Numbered from the stretch's first letter, positions 16,192-28,695 are shown. The stretch: DNA of 64,000 nt from a virus (IMGVR_UViG_3300048837_000398:39012-103011); one strand, 5' to 3'. Numbers and translations: made by a program. The notes: a model not told the origin generated them from the sequence alone.

Positions 16192-19100
16192 CGACTTCAT
16201 AGTCGAGATTCCGCAGCATCATCCGCTTTCTTCAGCATATTTATCGTTCTGACGCGAGCAAAAAAGACGTTCAATAGAAGGTTATTGGGTAGGTGGCATT
16301 TGAATGCCTCCTGCCCTTTACTATTATGCGAACTTCGGAACAATCAAGAAGAACCGCTCTAAGTATTCAGCTTCCTCCAAGATCTATGCGCGGCCTGACT
16401 TACGAGACATCGAATGGGATCTATTCTATCTCTATACAGAAGCGCGAGGATTCTCAGGATTTTCTCTCGACCCCGTCTACTCCTCTAACAAAGCTCTACT
16501 TGACGCAGAAGTAACTGACGATATTCTTCGACTTCACCTGCCATCTACACTCAAGGCTGACGGATCTCGCAAAACATTCGTTCCAGCTCGCGAGTATATG
16601 CGCGCTCTACACCCTACCCAACTAGGCGCACCTCTTTTCGAAAATGAAAAGCAGAACCTTCTTCTTCTCGGTACTCGAGATCTCGGCAAGTCGTATGCTG
16701 TAGGTGTAGGCATGGTTGGCCACATGTTCCTTTTCGATGGCGCAACTTCTTATTCAGAGTCTCGCGAAGAGCTCTCTCCAGCTGAAGTTCTTGTAGGAGC
16801 ATCTGTTTCAGACAAATCTCGAGATCTACTTAAAAAAACAAAAGACTCGTTCGATTTCTTACCGGGCAAGCAAATCATCGCCTCACGCACTTACCCTTCT
16901 CCTTTCTCTAAACAGTACACAGGCTCGTGAGCAGTTAATGCTGATATCAAGGCCGAATATAAAAAGAAGTCTGATGGGCGATGGGAGACAGTGGGCTCCC
17001 GCTCTACGATTAAGCATCGCTCTTTCAACGAAAACCCGTTTGCTGCACAAGGTACTCGCCCTGACTTACTTGTCATCGAGGAAGCTGGTCTAGCTTCAGA
17101 GCTCAAAGACATCTTCGTGCACACTGTCGACACACTGCGTCGAGGTCTAACTAAGACTGGGACATTGCTTTGCTTGGGTTGTGTCGTAGCTGGCACTAAA
17201 GTTTGAACATCTAAAGGTAAACTTCTAAACGTCGAAGATCTTACCGTAGAAGATGGAATCTTAGGTTACTCTGGATCAGCAATTGTACCTCTACCAATCA
17301 CTAACATTAACCCAATCGCAGTAAAACAGTGTGTCAGAATTACGACCGAAGGTAACAACGTTATCGAAGCCTCTATAGACCACCCATTTTTAGCCTCTTC
17401 TCGTAAAGAACGGCTTTCTAACACAACGTACAATTATAATTTCAAGCAAGCCGCTACACTAAACGTAGGTGATTACTTAGCGCTAGCTAACGAAATCCCG
17501 TTTTTTGGAGAAGTCGAGGAAAAAGACGCTTACTTAATAGGGCTGATGCTCGGTGACGGCTACTTTAAAGGCTCGTCAGTTTCGATCGATAACGACGAAG
17601 TCTACAACTTTATTTCGACTAACTACGAAACGTCTACACACAAAAGGTACGAAACTAAAAAAGGGACGCTGTACTACGAGCTCTACATAAAAGGGATTAG
17701 TCAAAAGCTAAAAACTCTAGGGCTAACGGATCTTACTAAAGAACAAAAAGATTTTCCGCTTACAGCACAAGAATTTTCGAAAGAGTCTTTAGCACTTCTG
17801 CTAGCAGGTTGCTTCGACTCAGATGGAAATGTCAATAGGTCTAAAAAGACAACACGTGTTGTTCTAACTAATATTTCGTTAAAACTACTTCAATCGGTTA
17901 AATGGGCCCTTTTAAAATTTGGCATCCATTCTTCGATCTACAAAGAGAAACGAAACACGAAGCCCCCTAAAGGCTACGAAAATCAGCTACCGCATATTTA
18001 CAGACTCTACATTTCTAGAGACGCAGACGTCGCCACGTTTAAGCAGTACATTCCAATTAAGCATTCTAAAAAAGTCGAAACTCTAGGCCAATTTACTCCA
18101 GGTAATCGTCAAGTTGGAAAACACTTAGGAGTCTTCACACTTACAAACCGCCATGAAGACGAAACATTCTTAGCCGATAACTCGTCGATTTCTAACTTTA
18201 GATTCGTACGCGTGACTTCTGTCGAGGCAATTGGTGAAAAAGAAATCTACAACCTAACTGCAGGAGAATATCATAACTATCTAGCCAATGGCTTCATCAC
18301 CCATAACACAGGTGGAGACATGCAGAAGGGCACGCTCGCAGCTTCCGAAATGTTTTACGAGCCCGAGAAATACGACTTCCTTTCTTTCGAAGATACTTAC
18401 GAGTCTCGAGGCAAGATAGCATATTTTGTGCCCGCCTACTATTCTCTCGATAAGTTTCGAGACGATTGGGGTTACGTAGACATTCAAAAAGCTACAGAAA
18501 GCCTACTGCTTAAACGCAAGAAACTAGCTGGTGATTCTGGAGGTTCGTTCGCTCTCGACCAAGAGATGCAGTATCGTCCTCTCGTACCTTCCGAGATGTT
18601 TCTTTCGAAAGCAGCTAACATATTCCCGTTCGCAGAAATACGCCGCCGTCTCTCAGAACTACAGACTACGAAAGAATACGAAATGTACGAGCACAAGGTC
18701 AACCTATATTTTGACCCTTCTTCACAGTATAATGGTGTGTCGTACGCTATCGACCCCTCGCTAAATCCGATCACACGTTTCCCGTGAGACTCTGACGACA
18801 GAGAAGGTGCAGTAGTTATCTACGACTTCCCGCACTTAGAAGATGGTAAAGTGCCTCCTGGCGCTTATATCATAGGATGCGACCCTTTTAAAGATGATTC
18901 ACCTGACGGGCCCTCACTCGCCGCTGTCTACGTCATGAAGACGTCTAAGTACTTTGCGACGATAGGCCACGACGAAATAGTAGCATCTTACATAGGTCGT
19001 CCATACATGGGTAAGAATGCTGTCAACGAGATCCTGCATAAACTAGCGCTCTTCTACAACGCTAAAATTTACTTCGAAAATTCTGTCGGCAACGTAAAAG

Positions 19101-19543
19101 ACTACTTCGAAAAAGTTCGACGCCTCGACCTACTCGCTACGCAGCCAACTACAATTTTCAACAAAAAAGCTTCGTTCCTTTCGAATCAATCGTTCATCTA
19201 TGGCTACCCCATGCCAAACCAAAAAGTTAAGTGGGAAGCTCTGCAGTATCTACGAGCTTGGCTACTTACAGAACGTTCAGACTCTAAAAGAAACTTAGAC
19301 CTCATCAAAGATCCAGCCCTTCTTCAAGAACTTATTTCGTTTAACCTCGACGGAAACTTCGACAGAGTCATGGGCCTCACTGGCTGCATAATAGGGCTCG
19401 AAGAAATATATAACCTACAAAGACGCACCGAGCATTATCAAAAAGAATCTTCGGAGCTAGACAAAGAATTTACTAGACTTATTGTCAACAACAAAAAACT
19501 TTTCCATGAAAATTTTTCCAAAACAAAGGCTAGCGTACTCTGA
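16166..19543 (+). CDS. terL: terminase large subunit with intein (TGA = Trp at 16250, 16301, 16928, 17204, 18785)
   Basis: One continuous frame: F-W-REQKRR..GY...-W-MPPALYYY, GTRDLGKS (Walker A), LLVIEEAG (Walker B), G|TGGD, IIGCDP nuclease motif, GNFDRV. About 749 aa after splicing. Terminal TGA is backed by TAA three codons later. Confidence 0.93.
17180..18307 (+). mobile_element. intein with LAGLIDADG endonuclease (376 aa)
   Basis: G|CVVAGTKV-W-T...SIDHPF...IGLMLGDG...LAGCFDSDG...IYNL...FITHN|TGG. Confidence 0.92.
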
Positions 19544-21899
19544 GAAAATTAAGTCGGACTTCAAATGGGCGAAAGAAACTATCGACCACTTGCTTCTTAA
19601 TTTTACTCTCGAGGCTACCGTAGTCAATCAATATCACACTGACTACTTCAGAAAGCTTTCTAATTACCAGCTCTATAACAATCAGCTAAACCAAAAAGAT
19701 TTCGAAAAAGAGTGTAACCCACTCGGCATCGATGTCGGGCAATTTGCTGACGAGATTCAACCGTACAACAAAACGTACAACAAGATTCAAGTCTTGCTAG
19801 GTGAGGAGCTGCGTCGTCCGTTCAACTTCCGAACTATACTTGTCAATTCAGAAGGAGTTCGTTCGAAGATCGCACACCGTAACGCACTAATTCGTCAATA
19901 CGTAGAAACGCAAGTAAAGAAAACTCTAGCTCAATTCTCTGAGCTCTATTCTGAAGAACTGCTAGAAGAAGCTTCGACTCCGACGCTCGACCCTTCGCAG
20001 ATAGATGTCTACATGAAGACTACGTATCTCGACGCACGCGAACGACTTTCTTCGCAGATGCTGCGCTACCTACTCCGTTCACTCGACATCAAAGACAAAC
20101 AGTCTGATGGCTTTAAACACGCATGCATTGCTGGCGAAGAACTTGTCTACGTGTCTTCATTTCGTAACGAACCAGTACTCGAGATCGTTAATCCGCTCGG
20201 ATTCTTTTCGCACAAATCACCCGAGACTAAGTGAGTTCAAGACTCTCTTTTCGCAGGCTATCGTACGTATCTCACTCCTTCAGAAGTCCTAGATCGTTAT
20301 GGCGACTACTTGACAGAAGAACAACGTAAGACCATCGACTCTACTTCGATGGCACCATCAGGCATCAAGTCTGACACTATCTCTGGAGCACATCGTTACG
20401 GTCACGAAAACATGGATCGCAACGAATCGACAACTCCTTTCTTCGAAGGTTCGTATTCACCGTCATCCGTAGAAGACTGGCTAGTCGAGCACGTAGAATG
20501 GCGCTCACAACGTAAGGTAGGCTTTCTCATCACCACTCCACTAGACCAAGAACCTTCTGAGCAGATCGTATCTGAAGACTTCGAAGTTCCGTCTATCGCC
20601 TCGAAGACAACTATCTTAAAAGAGTACAATCGAAAGCAAACGTCGTACAATTGGACAGACGAGCTAGGCACTTCTTACTCACTTCACTGGTCGTGGATTC
20701 CTGAAGTTTGGCAAGGTACTCGTATCGGTCGCACTATCTACTGTATGATAGGCCCTAAAGAAGAGCAGTTCCGTTCGCAAGATAATCCGTACGAAGTAAA
20801 GCTCGGTTATCATGGCCTGGTCTATAATGCGATGAACGCTTCGTCTATCTCGATAATGGACCGCATGAAGCCTTTTGCTTATCTCTACTTTATCGTGATG
20901 CACAAGCTCAAAAAGCTCATTGCTCAAGACCAAGGCAAAGTGTTCCCTATCGACGTTTCGATGATAGATCCTAAGATAGGACTCGAGAAGACACTCTACT
21001 ACCTAAAAGAACTCAACTTAGACTTCTATAACCCGCTTCAAAATGCTGAAGTTCCTTCAGTAGCTCAGCGTGGTAAAGTTACTTCTGCGATCGACATGTC
21101 GAACATGCAGCACATACTTAACTACGTATCCTTACTCGGCGCACTAGATCAGCAAATTTCTGAAGTGGCAGGCGTAACGCGCCAACGTGAAGGGCAGATT
21201 CTACCTACTGAAGCTGTTACTAATGCAGCAGCTAACGCACAAATGTCGTCAGTGATTACGCAGATTTATTTTCAGGCTCACGATAAACTCTGGGAAAAGA
21301 TTCTCACTTCTCTTCTTCAAGTAACACGCCAAGCTTGGAAAAACAAGAAGATCGTGAAGCAATATGTTCTCGACGATCTATCAGTAGCTACTCTCGAAAT
21401 GTCTGAAGACGCGCTTCAAGATGCAGACTTAGGGGTTTTTGTTACGGACTCTGGTAAAGAAGTCGAAATGTTTGACGCGCTCAAGGGCATGGCTGATGGA
21501 TTACTCAACACAAACCGAGCTACGTTCTCAGACCTCATCAAGATGTACAAATCTAACTCTGCAGAAGAACTTCAAAAGCTTATCGAAGATTCTGAAGACA
21601 AGATGCGCGAGCAAGAATCTCAAAGTCAACAGCAACAGATCGAAGCTGCTCAACAGGCTCAACAAGCTGAACAACAGTTCGAACTCGAGAAGCAAGCGCG
21701 TGAGCACGAAAATCAAATTACTCTTGCTGAAATTAATTCGTTCCGTTTCCAAGATAACCAAGACATAAATAGCAATCAAGTACCTGACCAACTTGAAGTA
21801 GCTAAGCTTAAATACGACCAAGAATTCAGAAACCGTAAGCTCGACTTAGAAGAACGCTCTGTTAAAGTGAAAGAAAAACAAGCTTCTAAACCTAAATAA
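19506..21899 (+). CDS. portal protein (797 aa; TGA 20232 = Trp)
   Basis: Follows TerL. FP.Q.L....K, NYQLYN, EWRSQRKVG, WIPEVWQGTRIG and GVTRQREGQ patterns and the coiled-coil C-terminus fit crAss-like portals. Confidence 0.9.
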
Positions 21900-21968
21900 A
21901 GCTATACTCTTCCCAAGTCCTTACATTTTCTCACATCTTATTTTACTCCTGACTCAACTTAATTTTAC

Positions 21969-22961
21969 ATGGACAAGCAAATAACACTCGACGACATCTT
22001 CGACGATAACTATACTTCACCAGAACCAATCGAAGAACCAATCGAAGAACCCATCGAAGAACCCATCGAGCCTACTGACATCGACGACACCTCAGAAGTA
22101 CGCAAAGCATACTTCGATTTCTTAGTCGAAAATGAAGTTCTCGATCTCCCTTCAGAATTCGAATACGACGGTTCTTCCGAGAAACTTCAAGAAGCGCTAG
22201 AGCTAGCCAAAACAAACCAACAGAAAAAGATCGTCGAAAGCTTTTGGAACACTCTTCCCGAGGATCTACGCGAAGCATACGAATTTGTTTCGGCTAACAA
22301 CGCAACTCTCGAAGATTACTACGAATCTCGCCTACAAAATCCAGCTACTCTAGACCTTTCGCGTCCAGAGAATCAGCGCAAAATTGTCGAACGATTCTTA
22401 AAAGAAACTACGCGCTTTTCACCCGAAAAGATTAAACGCACCATTACGTCGTACGAAGAAGACGGCATCTTAGATGCTGAAGCGTCGGATGCAGCTGCTG
22501 AACTCGAAGTGCTTTTCGAACAGCAAAATGAACAGCGTCAACAACAGCTCGCAAAACAAGCTGCAGATGCTGAAAAGCAACGCAAAGAATATACTGAAGA
22601 GCTAGTGAAAGCTATCAATTCTTCGAGCTTTATTCATCCGACTCGTCGCGAAAAAGTGCGTTCCTTTTTCTTTTCACCGATCAAACAAAACAACGAGCAG
22701 ACAACAGCTTTCAACCTTACAGTGCAGAACATTCTTGCTAACCCAGAACATCAAGCTCAACTCGCAGATTTACTTTTAGATTATTCTGCGTCGCAAGGAT
22801 TTTCACTCGAGCGTTTCGAGAAACGTGTTAAAGCTCGCGCAACATCTACGTTTAAAGACGATCTCGATCGAGCTCTCGATCCTAAACGTAAAGCAGGGAC
22901 TCCTGCAAAAGTTAATAAAACTGACACTACAGAATTTTTAGAAAACTGACTTAAAAACTAA
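21969..22961 (+). CDS. acidic scaffold-like protein (TGA 22947 read through to TAA 22959-22961)
   Basis: Acidic and helical; lies between portal and MCP. Readthrough gives ...FLEN-W-LKN* with a TAATG overlap on the MCP start. Confidence 0.7.
22023..22073 (+). repeat. 12-bp coding tandem repeat (EPIE x4)
   Basis: GAACC(A/C)ATCGAA repeated about four times. Confidence 0.85.
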
Positions 22962-25900
22962 TGCCAACACCACAATCCTCTCTAATTATCAAGAAGCTCG
23001 AAGGCTTCGGTGGCAACTACGTAGACTCTGACTATCTGTCATCTGCTTACGAAATTGGTAAACCACACCTTATTGAAGGCGCACTAATGAAGATCTATTC
23101 TTCGCGCTCACGTTTCTTCGGCCTCAAGCCCCTGCTCTCTATGACAGGTGGTACAGGTAACGTAATGGAAGTTCCTACTGATATCTATCGCTGGCGTCTG
23201 TCTGGTGCTGACGAGCGCACTTTCCGCTCTGTCGAGAACCTCGAATCAGGCAACACTACTCCAGGTCTCAATGGCACTACTTTCCGCATCAAGCTCGACG
23301 TAGACTACGTTCACTATCCTGACGTACTTTTCGGCGAAGATAACGAACTGCCTCTCGCTATTGTAGACGGTCCTGTACCAGATGGCACTGGCTTCGTTTA
23401 CACCGTGCGTATCCAGTCTGACAATCCTACGCTGTTCTTCCCTTCCTCACTTCTTGAGCCAGGTCGTCAGTTCAACAAAGTTTGGACTTCGACTCCTTCT
23501 GAAGCTAACAAATGGTACGGAACGATGCAAGCTCCTAACACGTTCGAACTCGAATCACAACTCGGTTTCTTCTCACAAGGTATCGAAGTTACTGACCGCG
23601 CTCTTCGTGAAGATGGTCGCCTCTCTATCCAGTTCCTTACGGACGGCGGCGAATCTATCAACAAGTTCGTACCTTACTACGAAGCTAAAATGCAGGACGA
23701 GTTAATTATACAGCTCCATTGCCGCGTAATCGGCATTGCAAATTTCTCTAATTCAAAGATAAATTAGAATATTTTTAATCAAAACCACGTATAAAAGTAT
23801 GGTCACTGATTACAATATTACGCAAAAGTTAAAAGATGGGTGGATGTCTGGGATTATAGACGGAGAAGGCTGTTTTTACGCCAAACTTGGATCTAAAACT
23901 AAGACATCAGTTTATTGCAGGTTTACTTTAAGAGTGTGCTCGGTTACAATGATTCAGGCATTTTCAACTGAACTAACCAATAAGAAGATAAAACACACTA
24001 TTAGGGAAATCACTAAAACTCAAAAAGAACATCACAGACCTAGCTTTATGCTAGACATTAATACCAAAGCTAGTCTTTTGAAATTCCTAAGAATTTACTC
24101 TGGTAATTTAATCAACAAGAAAGCTGAGGCCACTATGGTGATGGATTTTTTAGAAAAAGCTGTACTAGTAAAACAGTATAAATGTACAGACGAAGATTTA
24201 GAAATAGTAAACAAACTAAAACATCTCAAAACAATTGCATAATTTATTGCTGGGAACTCCTATAAAGGACAATCAGCAGCGAAGTTCACAAATCTTTAAA
24301 AATGAAATACCACTTAGGACATACGATAGGAAATTTGACGATCACCGACTGGAACGTCAAAAAAGCGTACTACACGTTCGAATGTACTTGTGGTAGGAAT
24401 TTCATCGGAACAACCCAAACCATTAAATTCAAAACTACGCAGTTAAACGAAATTGGGTTTACAGGTTGCAAAGTTTGCACGAATGCTCATCGCAGAAAAA
24501 GTCTCTCAGATGTAGAACTTTTTAGCGCAGTATTTGGCCTCTATAAAAATGGTGCAAACAGACGTAAAAATGTTCCTTTTGAAATTTCACTAGAGCAAGC
24601 AATTCCACTCTTTAAGGCAGATTGCCATTACTGTGGAGATGCTCCAGCTAATGTGGTTAAAATAGGTAGACGTATAGTTACATATCAGGGTATAGATCGC
24701 ATAGATTCTGCACTTGGATATACTACACTTAACGTAGTTCCATGTTGTAAGAAATGCAATTACGCAAAACATGTTTTGTCTTACTCAGAGTTTATCAACC
24801 ACATCAAAAAGATTTATGAAAACGTTCAACGACTAGAGCAACCGCTCGTAGACTCAAGTGAGTCGAAATGGGAAGCTCCCGACCTCGAAAGAGAGGGAGA
24901 TGATATAGTCTAATCTGCATGGTAACATGCAGCAGTGGTGTGAATAACTTCCACACATCACGGGGTAGGCCTAACGAACCTATTCGAATAAAATGTGTAC
25001 AAATCGATGGAAGTACAGATGATGTACGGCAAGAAATCGACTCAGGCTGGTCCCGACAAATATTGGACTAAGACAGGTGCAGGTATGCGCGAGCAACTCA
25101 AAGACTCTTGGGTAGACGTATTCTCAGGTCCTCTGACTGCAGCTCTGCTCCAAGACTACCTCATGAACATCTACTTTGCTCGTGAAGACGAAGATAATCG
25201 TCAGACACGCGTAATGACTGGAACACTTGGCTCTATCCTTTTCCACAACGCACTCGTAGCTATTTCTAATGGCTTCTTGACTGTAGACTCGCACTGGATT
25301 CAGAAAGCTCAGAATCCCGCATCCGCTGTTCCAGGTCTCGCTTACGGTAAATGTGTGCCGCTCGTAATAGTAATATTGCGATAAACTTTTCTCTATATGC
25401 TGGAAACTCCTAAAGATCTACCCCCTGTTACTACAGGTGCGAAAGCAGAAACAATCGTAGATATTAGGCACGGTGAAAATCCTAAACCCTCATTACAATG
25501 GACAATCAGCAGGTAATTATAGAAACCTTTCAAACTACAAATTCAACAGTTCAGACTGCCTCGCTACTCAACTTACCATACAGAGCAGTCTTAGCTACCC
25601 TTCAAAGAAAATCAATTCTAGGTAGGCGTAAATCCCCTCGAAAGAAACTGTCTTTTGACCTAGACTTTTTCGAAACAATTGACTCTGAAGCCAAAGCCTA
25701 TTATTTAGGACTTTTTAAAGCTGATGGTTATATAGATAAATCAAAAAACAGATTCGAAATAAGGCTCCAACTGAAAGATCGCGAATTAATCGACAAATTC
25801 TGTTATATTTTAGATCTTCCACTCACCTACACTAACATAATAAAAGCACGTAGGCCTGAGCAGCAAGACAGCATTTCGTGATCGTTTCGTAACGAACGCT

Positions 25901-26720
25901 TTACAAGTCATCTTAACAACCTAAAAACTCCACAAATTTTAAAACGTATTCCCTCACATTTAGCGCATCATTTCATTCGAGGGTATTTTGACGGCGACGG
26001 TACAATAGCTTACCGCAATCGTTCTAAAAATAAGACGCGTTACCAATTTGCGTTAGTAGGTTCTCCAAACGATGATTCTATCCTTAAGTATTTTAACGAG
26101 TTAATTGGACAAAAATTTACTCAAATTCACGTAGATAAGCGTTCCAATCTTCCATACCTGATCACACAGTCTAAAGATCTGCTTTTGGAACTTAAAGATT
26201 TTCTCTATCAAGACGCCACCCTATTCCTAGGGCGTAAATATCAAAAATTTGTAGACATGAAATTTCACTATAGCACCTCAACGACTACACGAGAAACATC
26301 CCAAGTGGATGAAGATATAGTCTAACCTTACTCGAAATAGTAAGTTAATAATTGGCACAGTACGTAGAATATCGTGGCCCTTCAGGTATCATCGTCAATC
26401 TTACGCGCAACAGCATGTACGATTCTACGATCTACTGCAAGCGTTTCCACCCGCAATATCCTGATATGCCGATCGACTCTGCTCGTATGACATTCCTCGA
26501 TTTCGGTTCGTCAGAAGGCAAGACTAACATCCAGATGCTGAAGATCAAAGATTCTTTCACATATGGTGTTGTTCAGGGCATGGTAGGTCCAGCAGGTCCT
26601 AACAAAGGCAACGTATCTTCCCTCAAGCACTCTTACGAAGTAGGTATGTCAGGAACCGCAGGTCTGTGGATTCGCGACATCACGCGTTGTGGAGAGCTCG
26701 TATTTGATTACGAAGGCTAA
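22961..26720 (+). CDS. major capsid protein, three exons (22961-23702, 24996-25348, 26355-26720; 486 aa)
   Basis: Exons of 742+353+366 = 1461 nt join in frame as ...MQDE-L-YKSMEVQMMYG... and ...LAYG-AQYVEYRGP.... Position and size fit a crAss-like MCP. Confidence 0.9.
23799..24242 (+). CDS. single-motif LAGLIDADG homing endonuclease (intron 1)
   Basis: WMSGIIDGEGCF motif, 147 aa. Confidence 0.85.
   Translation: MVTDYNITQKLKDGWMSGIIDGEGCFYAKLGSKTKTSVYCRFTLRVCSVTMIQAFSTELTNKKIKHTIREITKTQKEHHRPSFMLDINTKASLLKFLRIYSGNLINKKAEATMVMDFLEKAVLVKQYKCTDEDLEIVNKLKHLKTIA
24302..24913 (+). CDS. HNH-type homing endonuclease (intron 1)
   Basis: CTCG...CHYCG...GIDRIDSALGY...NVVPCCKKCNYAK; the 3' end overlaps P7-P8. 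Confidence 0.85.
   Translation: MKYHLGHTIGNLTITDWNVKKAYYTFECTCGRNFIGTTQTIKFKTTQLNEIGFTGCKVCTNAHRRKSLSDVELFSAVFGLYKNGANRRKNVPFEISLEQAIPLFKADCHYCGDAPANVVKIGRRIVTYQGIDRIDSALGYTTLNVVPCCKKCNYAKHVLSYSEFINHIKKIYENVQRLEQPLVDSSESKWEAPDLEREGDDIV
25349..26354 (+). mobile_element. group I intron 2
   Basis: P1 CGGT/GCCG; P10 TGTGC/GCACA; P3 TTTCTC/GAGAAA; TGCTGGAAA...AATCAGCAG; P7 GACTA/TAGTC; P8 CATCC/GGATG; terminal G at 26354. Confidence 0.92.
25498..26325 (+). CDS. double-motif LAGLIDADG homing endonuclease (275 aa; TGA 25879 = Trp)
   Basis: YYLGLFKADG lies before the TGA and FIRGYFDGDG after it, in the same frame. Confidence 0.88.
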
Positions 26721-26725
26721 ACACT

Positions 26726-26929
26726 ATGAGGCAACAACTTAAGAAATCAGCTAAATCTTCGAACTTCTGGACTGCGATGGCCACAATGGCAACTGTTGTT
26801 ACAGGAGCAATTTATGCAGTTCTTTCTCAAGATCCAGAAGCCTTTAAAACGATGACGCTCTCGCAGCTTGCGTCTCTGTTCTTCTTTCAAGCTGCTAACG
26901 TATTTCAACATCTAAACAAAGAAAAATAG
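26726..26929 (+). CDS. small two-helix membrane protein (holin-like)
   Basis: KS..FW N-terminus and two hydrophobic segments, 67 aa. Confidence 0.5.
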   Translation: MRQQLKKSAKSSNFWTAMATMATVVTGAIYAVLSQDPEAFKTMTLSQLASLFFFQAANVFQHLNKEK

Positions 26930-26964
26930 GTAAGTATTCTTACCGACCTAAACTCTAAGGTAAC

Positions 26965-27945
26965 ATGAGTCTTATATTCGTACAATCTATACCTCGCCCT
27001 TCAGCACTAGGGCTAAACGAGTGGACATCCGAGTCAGGAGTAAAACTCAAAAAAACCAAAGTTGGCCGTACTGCGGACTTTATCCGGGCCCTCTATTCTC
27101 CGAAAATAGGGGGCTTAGCCAACTACATCTCGTACACACCCTGGATCGAAAACGCTGAACCTCAGCTAGACGAATCAGGTAAACCGCAAATGCTTCAAGT
27201 AAAGTTCGAAAAGAAGTGGAATCTACCAACTAACTTCCTACATAATCGCCCGCTCATCATCAATCACTATCTTACGAAAGCTCCTGACGAGCTCTCGTTC
27301 TTTCAGGCACAACGCTGGAAACTTGTCGACGGAACAACTGTTCTCGATAACTCTACGATGGAAGATGAAATGGGCTACTACGTAATGTTAGCATCTTCAA
27401 AAGTTGCTAACTCAGAACGCGAATGGCGTCAACACAAGTGGCCAAAAGCACAATGGTTCATTGCTCTTGAGAACGAGTCTGATGAACTCAAGTATGAACG
27501 CGCTGAAAAACGTTCGAAAGCTTATGCTGCACTACATGCTCAAGAAATGACAGATCCTTACAAACGTAAGATCGTGTCTCTCTTAAACTTAGTTCAGTCT
27601 AATTCAGCGATAACGCACCAGCAAGTTCACAACTTACTCGTAAACTTCATCGACAACTCTACTACGGGCACTAGCTCTAACATCGACAAGTTCATGTTTT
27701 TCTTTAACATGCTGTCTACTGCACACGGACGTGAAAAGCTCGAAGCTATGTGGATTCTTAAGCAAGCTATGGATCTACGCATCATCTTCGAAAAGCAAGA
27801 TTCGTACACATGGGTTCGCCCTAATGCTAATCCACTCCCTATCGCAGATCGTTACTCAGAAGCGGTTGATTTTCTCCTTAATCCAAAGAAAGCTACTGAA
27901 CTCGAAGAAATTCAAGATCAGATAAAAGCAAAACAAAATGGCTAA
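26965..27945 (+). CDS. capsid-module protein following MCP
   Basis: 326 aa, helical; position matches the conserved crAss-like gene downstream of MCP. Confidence 0.65.
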   Translation: MSLIFVQSIPRPSALGLNEWTSESGVKLKKTKVGRTADFIRALYSPKIGGLANYISYTPWIENAEPQLDESGKPQMLQVKFEKKWNLPTNFLHNRPLIINHYLTKAPDELSFFQAQRWKLVDGTTVLDNSTMEDEMGYYVMLASSKVANSEREWRQHKWPKAQWFIALENESDELKYERAEKRSKAYAALHAQEMTDPYKRKIVSLLNLVQSNSAITHQQVHNLLVNFIDNSTTGTSSNIDKFMFFFNMLSTAHGREKLEAMWILKQAMDLRIIFEKQDSYTWVRPNANPLPIADRYSEAVDFLLNPKKATELEEIQDQIKAKQNG

Positions 27946-28684
27946 TATTCGCGAACTACATTACGCGTTTGATCTGCACTTAGACAGGATTTCGTCTCAG
28001 GCGAAGCCCGACCTAAACGTTGCTGAAAAAGATTGGCTACTTAACGAAGCGCAACTTCTACTCGTAAAAAACTTCTTCGATCCACAACCGTCTATCCACC
28101 CTAGACAGACACGCAGACGAGGATTCGAGACTTCAGAAAGACGCGCACAAGATCTTTCGACTCTTGTCGTTAAATACCCTCTTCAGCCAGCAATCGTTCC
28201 TATAGATCAAGGCGGAGTAAGCGAAGTTCCGCTGAATTCTACTGCTTATCCTTTTCTATTCTTAGTTTCTGCGCAAGCAATTACATCTCAAGACGGCTGT
28301 AATTACACTGTCCCTCTCAAGTTTACGCAGCACGACGATCTTTCTGATGTGCTACGTGACCCGTTTAACTCACCTTCTACAGAATACTTACCGTATAACG
28401 TAGGAATGTCGTTCAACGGTAATGCGCAATCTATGTATATTTATCCTGGCACTACTTCTATCCAGGAAGTACATCTACACTACGTACGAGCCCCTAAAAA
28501 AGTTTCGTTCGGAACTTACGCATATATAGACGGTGTTACTTATCCTGAGCAAACACTCGAAGTTCCAGAGCATCTTCATTCAGAAGTTCTAGACCTTGCG
28601 TGCCAACTTGCTGCGCTAGCAACAGATAATCCAGAATACGTGCAACTTCGCACTATCAAATCATCCTTAAACGAACAAAACTAA
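27938..28684 (+). CDS. head-tail connector/ring protein
   Basis: D.I.S...DWLLNEAQ...GFETSERR..DL..L...YVRAP...EVPEHLHSEVLDLA pattern of crAss-like ring proteins. Confidence 0.7.
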   Translation: MANIRELHYAFDLHLDRISSQAKPDLNVAEKDWLLNEAQLLLVKNFFDPQPSIHPRQTRRRGFETSERRAQDLSTLVVKYPLQPAIVPIDQGGVSEVPLNSTAYPFLFLVSAQAITSQDGCNYTVPLKFTQHDDLSDVLRDPFNSPSTEYLPYNVGMSFNGNAQSMYIYPGTTSIQEVHLHYVRAPKKVSFGTYAYIDGVTYPEQTLEVPEHLHSEVLDLACQLAALATDNPEYVQLRTIKSSLNEQN

Positions 28685-28695
28685 ATCTTTAACTT

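Larger units (their letters stand above)
23703..24995 (+). mobile_element. group I intron 1 (IA2-like, two endonuclease ORFs)
   Basis: P1 GAGT/GCTC with U:G at the splice site; P10 TACA/TGTA; TGCTGGGAA...AATCAGCAG; P7 GACTA/TAGTC; P7.1, P7.2, P8; terminal G at 24995. Confidence 0.92.

Noticed and set aside
22023-22073. CRISPR-like array
   Set aside because: A 12-bp in-frame coding repeat with no spacers. I saw no CRISPR array or cas gene in the window.
23703-24995. Nested twin introns
   Set aside because: Only one set of P4/P6/P7 core elements was found.
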